Shown piece after piece: positions 60,603-64,000 of a stretch of DNA of 64,000 bases. The DNA is taken from NCBI GenBank assembly GCA_903955385.1, contig CAJBNH010000137.1:10121-74120 (forward strand), in the 5' to 3' direction. The notes under the pieces are model-generated. The model was not told where the DNA came from, ran no database searches, and saw nothing but the letters and a program-made list of their open reading frames with translations. This DNA is from an uncultured Myxococcales bacterium. GTDB lineage: Bacteria; Myxococcota_A; UBA9042. The stretch's first letter is position 1. Every line of letters begins with the position of its first letter. The position numbers and the translations under genes are program-made.

Positions 60603-62501
60603 ATGACGGCATCCTTTGTTCCGCGGCTTGCCGGTCGTTTGGCCGGAGCCGCGCTGCGCTTTGCCTTGGTGTGCGGGCTGCTGGTCCCCAGCGCCGCCGG
60701 AGCCGTAAACCCTTGGTACAACATCGACTCTTTCCGTCCGTCGCCGTACGAGGCCGACCTGCTGGGCGTCTACTCCAACCGGATGCCGGACCCGATGACG
60801 GCGCGGGTCAGCCTGTGGAGCTCGCTGAACGCCGGGCCGCTGCGCGTCATCGATAACCAGAACAACGACGTCTTCGGACTCGTCAACCATCAGCTCGCGT
60901 TTCACCTGATGGGCAGCATCGGCCTGCTCCAGTGGCTGCAGGTCGGTGTGGACGCACCATTTTACGCGATTTCTGAAGGAGATACGCCCAACGTCGCGAG
61001 CCTGCGGCAGGCGGAGGGCTACTCGCTGGGCGACCTCGCCGTGACGGCCAAGGCTGCGATCCTGGGCGGCCGTCGGCCCGGGATGGGCTTGGGCTTGGCG
61101 ACGAGCGTGACCTTGCCGACCGCGACTGCGCGCAACTTCACGGGGGACGAGGGCCTGACGGCGACCACGTGGCTGGTGGCGGATGCGGCGCACAAGGGCT
61201 TTCAGGGCGCCTTGAACGTGGGGTATCGCGCCCGGACGGCGCAGACGTTGCTGGGCCACGAGCTTGGTAACCAGATCGTGATGGGGGCGGCGGCCGCGGT
61301 TCCTGTCGTTTGCGGCAAGGTCGAGGTGCTGGCTTCCGGTGAATTCCGCACCGAGGCGGGGCGACCGTTCGACGACGCGTATGTGGACGCCTTGGACCTG
61401 TTGGCGGGCGTGCGGGCGTTGTTGGGCCCGGTCGCGGTGACGGCCGGTGGTGGTTTCGGACCGCTGGAGGGCTATGGCAGCTCTGCGTGGCGGGCGGTGC
61501 TGGGCGCGTCGATGGGACCTGCGGAGGTCGACAAGGGCTGCATCCCCGACACCGATGAGGACGGTCTGCACGACCCCGACGACCGCTGTCCGACCGCTGC
61601 GGGACCGCTGACCTTGGGTGGCTGTCCGGATCGCGACGGCGACAAGATCGCGGACCGCGACGACAAGTGCCCCACCGTCGCGGGTCTGGTGCACTTCGAC
61701 GGCTGCCCCGACACCGATGGCGACATGCTGGCCGACCCGGACGACCGCTGCCCCAGCCAGGCCGGTCCCACGGCGCTGCAAGGGTGCCCGGACCGCGACG
61801 GCGACGAGGTGGCAGACCTGGACGACCCATGCCCGGACGTGCAGGGCTTGAAGGAAAAGCAGGGCTGCCCCGAGCCGGACCGCGACGGCGATGGCGTGCC
61901 GGACATCCGGGATCGGTGCCCCGACCTTCCTGGTCCCGCGACGCAGACCGGCTGCCCGGATCGCGACGCCGACGGTGTGGTCGACCCGGACGACAAGTGC
62001 CCGGACGAGCCGGGATCCGTCGCGAATGCCGGTTGCCTGCCCGATGCCGACGGCGACGGCGTGCCCGACGTGCGCGACAAGTGCATCGACGTGCCCGGTA
62101 CCCCGGTGCTGCAGGGGTGCCCCGAGGCCAAGGTCACGGTGTCCAAGGACAAGATCTACATCGCCGACCAGGTCTTCTTCCAGACGGGCAAGGCCAAGAT
62201 CAAGCCCGAGTCGTTCGGCCTGCTGGACGAGGTGGCCCGGGTCCTCAAAGAGCACCCCGAAATCAAGAAGTTGCGTATCGAGGGTCACACCGACAATGTG
62301 GGCAAGCCCGAGGCCAACGCCAAGCTCTCCAAGGCCCGTGCGGCCAGCGTGCGGGACTATCTGGTCAAGAAGCAGGTTGCGGCGAAGCGGTTGGAATCGG
62401 CAGGGTTTGGCGACAGCAGACCGGTCGTCGACAACAGCACAGAGCAGGGGCGCGCCCGCAATCGGCGGGTCGACTTCGTGATCACCGAGCGTGCGGATTG
62501 A
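60603..62501 (+). CDS. TraB-like outer-membrane protein: beta-barrel, TSP3-like repeats, OmpA C-terminal domain
   Basis: Signal peptide; barrel strands (WLQVGVDAP, GDLAVTAK, ALNVGYRAR); seven DxDxDxxxDxxDxC units; OmpA motifs FFQTGKA, IEGHTDNVG, LSKARA and GRARNRRVDF. Confidence 0.9.
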   Translation: MTASFVPRLAGRLAGAALRFALVCGLLVPSAAGAVNPWYNIDSFRPSPYEADLLGVYSNRMPDPMTARVSLWSSLNAGPLRVIDNQNNDVFGLVNHQLAFHLMGSIGLLQWLQVGVDAPFYAISEGDTPNVASLRQAEGYSLGDLAVTAKAAILGGRRPGMGLGLATSVTLPTATARNFTGDEGLTATTWLVADAAHKGFQGALNVGYRARTAQTLLGHELGNQIVMGAAAAVPVVCGKVEVLASGEFRTEAGRPFDDAYVDALDLLAGVRALLGPVAVTAGGGFGPLEGYGSSAWRAVLGASMGPAEVDKGCIPDTDEDGLHDPDDRCPTAAGPLTLGGCPDRDGDKIADRDDKCPTVAGLVHFDGCPDTDGDMLADPDDRCPSQAGPTALQGCPDRDGDEVADLDDPCPDVQGLKEKQGCPEPDRDGDGVPDIRDRCPDLPGPATQTGCPDRDADGVVDPDDKCPDEPGSVANAGCLPDADGDGVPDVRDKCIDVPGTPVLQGCPEAKVTVSKDKIYIADQVFFQTGKAKIKPESFGLLDEVARVLKEHPEIKKLRIEGHTDNVGKPEANAKLSKARAASVRDYLVKKQVAAKRLESAGFGDSRPVVDNSTEQGRARNRRVDFVITERAD

Positions 62502-62560
62502 GTGGGCAAGACCAGCAGGCCGGGGATCGGGAGGCAAGCGCAGGCGAGGAAGGAGGGGGC

Positions 62561-64000
62561 ATGGTCAGGTTACAGCATCATTTCGCGCGGGTAGGGGTGA
62601 CGGCGTGCGCGCTCGCGCTCGTGGCTTCTTCGGTGTGGACCAGCGATGCCGACGCGCTGACCGGCGCCCCCACGACCTGGCCGTCTTCGTTTACCACGAT
62701 GACCTGCGGGGGCACCCCTTCCAGCGACCTCTTTCACGACGGCAACAACGTCGAGCACGAGCGCGACATCGTCGGCGACGCGACCTATCCTGCCTTTCAG
62801 TATACGGTTCTGAACGGCTACCTGTTCTGTCGCCTGCGCCTGGACGAGACGCCTGCGGTCGGCGGCGGCAGCGGTCCGCTGCGGAGCGAGGGGTGGGGCG
62901 TCGCTTTCGACACCAACAGCAACACCACGGCGTTCGAGTACACCGTCATCGTCAGCGGCATCTCGGAGACGGTCAACCTGTACCGCACGAGCAATGGCGC
63001 GAAGCTGGCGACCTGGACGCCGACCGTGGCGACCGCGCCGACGCTGGGCTTCGTCAAGGTGCGCAACCCGACCGGCGACGGCAGTCAGTTCCGCGGCGAT
63101 TCCGACGCCTTCCTGGACTTCGCCATCCCGCTTGCCGACGTGGTCGCGGCGACCGCCGCGGATCCAAGTCCCTTCACCATCGGCAAGACGACGCTATGGG
63201 CCGCCACCTCGACGAACGGCACGGCGCTGAACCGGGACTACGCGTGCGCCAACGGCAACAACCCCTTGAGCCTGCCGGGTTCCGTGGGCGACCCCATCTC
63301 GACCGGTCCCTGGGTCGAGTTCCTGACACCCGCGAACGGCGCCACGCTGGACACCATCACGCCCACCCTGACGGGCCGCGGCAAGCCGGGAGACACGCTG
63401 ACGATTGCGACCGGGGCCAGCTCGGCCCAGGTGACGATCGCCGCCAACGGCACCTGGAGCTTCATCGTCCCGGTTTCCTGGCCGGTCACGTTCGGCACCA
63501 GCGTCCAGTTCACCGCCACCGTCGTCACCGGCGCGGCCAACCCGCCCAGCGCCACGCGGTTGCTGCAGTTCGCGTGCAACGCGGGATACGCCGGGTCGCT
63601 GGACGGCAAGACCTGCAACGAGATCGACAATTGCCTCGTCAACAACGGCGGCTGCAGTGTCAACGCCACCTGCACCAAGACCGGACCCGGGACCAACACC
63701 TGCGCGTGCAATTCCGGCTTTACCGGCAACGGCGTCACCTGCACCGACATCAACGAGTGCACCAACGGCACGGCGAACTGCAGCGCCAACGCCACGTGCA
63801 CCAACACGGCGGGCTCGTTCACCTGCGCCTGCAACTCGGGCTACAGCGGCAACGGCGTCACGTGTTCCGACGTGAACGAATGCACGGCAGGCACGGCGAA
63901 TTGCAGCGCCAACGCCACGTGCACCAACACCGTCGGGTCGTTCACCTGCGCCTGCAACACCGGCTTCACCGGCAACGGCGTGACCTGCACGGACGTCAAC
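62561..64000 (+). CDS. Secreted adhesin with N-terminal beta-domain, bacterial Ig-like domain and calcium-binding EGF repeats; 3'-truncated and absent from the ORF track
   Basis: AGGAGG RBS, then ATG at 62561; 480 codons with no stop (translated by hand). Signal peptide ending ADA; RDIVGD..PA..YLFCRLRLD..WGVAFD; TPTLTGRGKPG..ANGTWSF; DINECTNGTANCSANATCTNTAGSFTCACNSGYSGNGVTC. Confidence 0.88.
   Translation, partial: MVRLQHHFARVGVTACALALVASSVWTSDADALTGAPTTWPSSFTTMTCGGTPSSDLFHDGNNVEHERDIVGDATYPAFQYTVLNGYLFCRLRLDETPAVGGGSGPLRSEGWGVAFDTNSNTTAFEYTVIVSGISETVNLYRTSNGAKLATWTPTVATAPTLGFVKVRNPTGDGSQFRGDSDAFLDFAIPLADVVAATAADPSPFTIGKTTLWAATSTNGTALNRDYACANGNNPLSLPGSVGDPISTGPWVEFLTPANGATLDTITPTLTGRGKPGDTLTIATGASSAQVTIAANGTWSFIVPVSWPVTFGTSVQFTATVVTGAANPPSATRLLQFACNAGYAGSLDGKTCNEIDNCLVNNGGCSVNATCTKTGPGTNTCACNSGFTGNGVTCTDINECTNGTANCSANATCTNTAGSFTCACNSGYSGNGVTCSDVNECTAGTANCSANATCTNTVGSFTCACNTGFTGNGVTCTDVN
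63620..64000 (+). repeat. Tandem EGF_CA-like coding repeats with 123-bp period
   Basis: Unit starts at 63620 (divergent, 126 bp), 63746, 63869 and 63992; six Cys per unit with a D-[IV]-N-E-C calcium-binding signature. Confidence 0.88.

Noticed and set aside
62570-63875. Short ORFs in the track suggesting a pseudogene or non-coding end
   Set aside because: A single uninterrupted frame runs from 62561 off the window end. It was omitted from the track only because it lacks a stop.

Overview
This is a GC-rich bacterial window, very probably Myxococcota, judged by a MYXO-CTERM-type tail, myxobacterial Cys-rich repeats, Pkn-type Ser/Thr kinases and a TraB-like barrel-TSP3-OmpA protein. It holds about 48 CDS. 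I see no tRNA, rRNA, CRISPR array or mobile element. Housekeeping genes (alaS, ftcD, aroC, etfB-etfA, mnmE, hom-thrC) are interleaved with a dense set of envelope and surface proteins, including about 11 predicted lipoproteins. The main observations are: (1) a 12.5-kb surface island (6096-18592) with three Cys-rich lipoproteins that share stalk modules but carry different tips, a phage-fibre/MAT-like adhesin, and a small Tat lipoprotein with three KYGG motifs (possible splicease substrate or propeller-binding peptide); (2) a TraB-like gene followed by an ORF missing from the ORF track (62561 to window end) encoding an adhesin with calcium-binding EGF repeats; (3) a C2H2 zinc-finger motif inserted in formiminotransferase-cyclodeaminase; (4) two peptidoglycan amidase-family proteins that each lack one canonical Zn ligand; (5) an orphan SUKH/SMI1-like membrane protein. 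All family assignments come from motifs recognised by eye, and no database searches were run.
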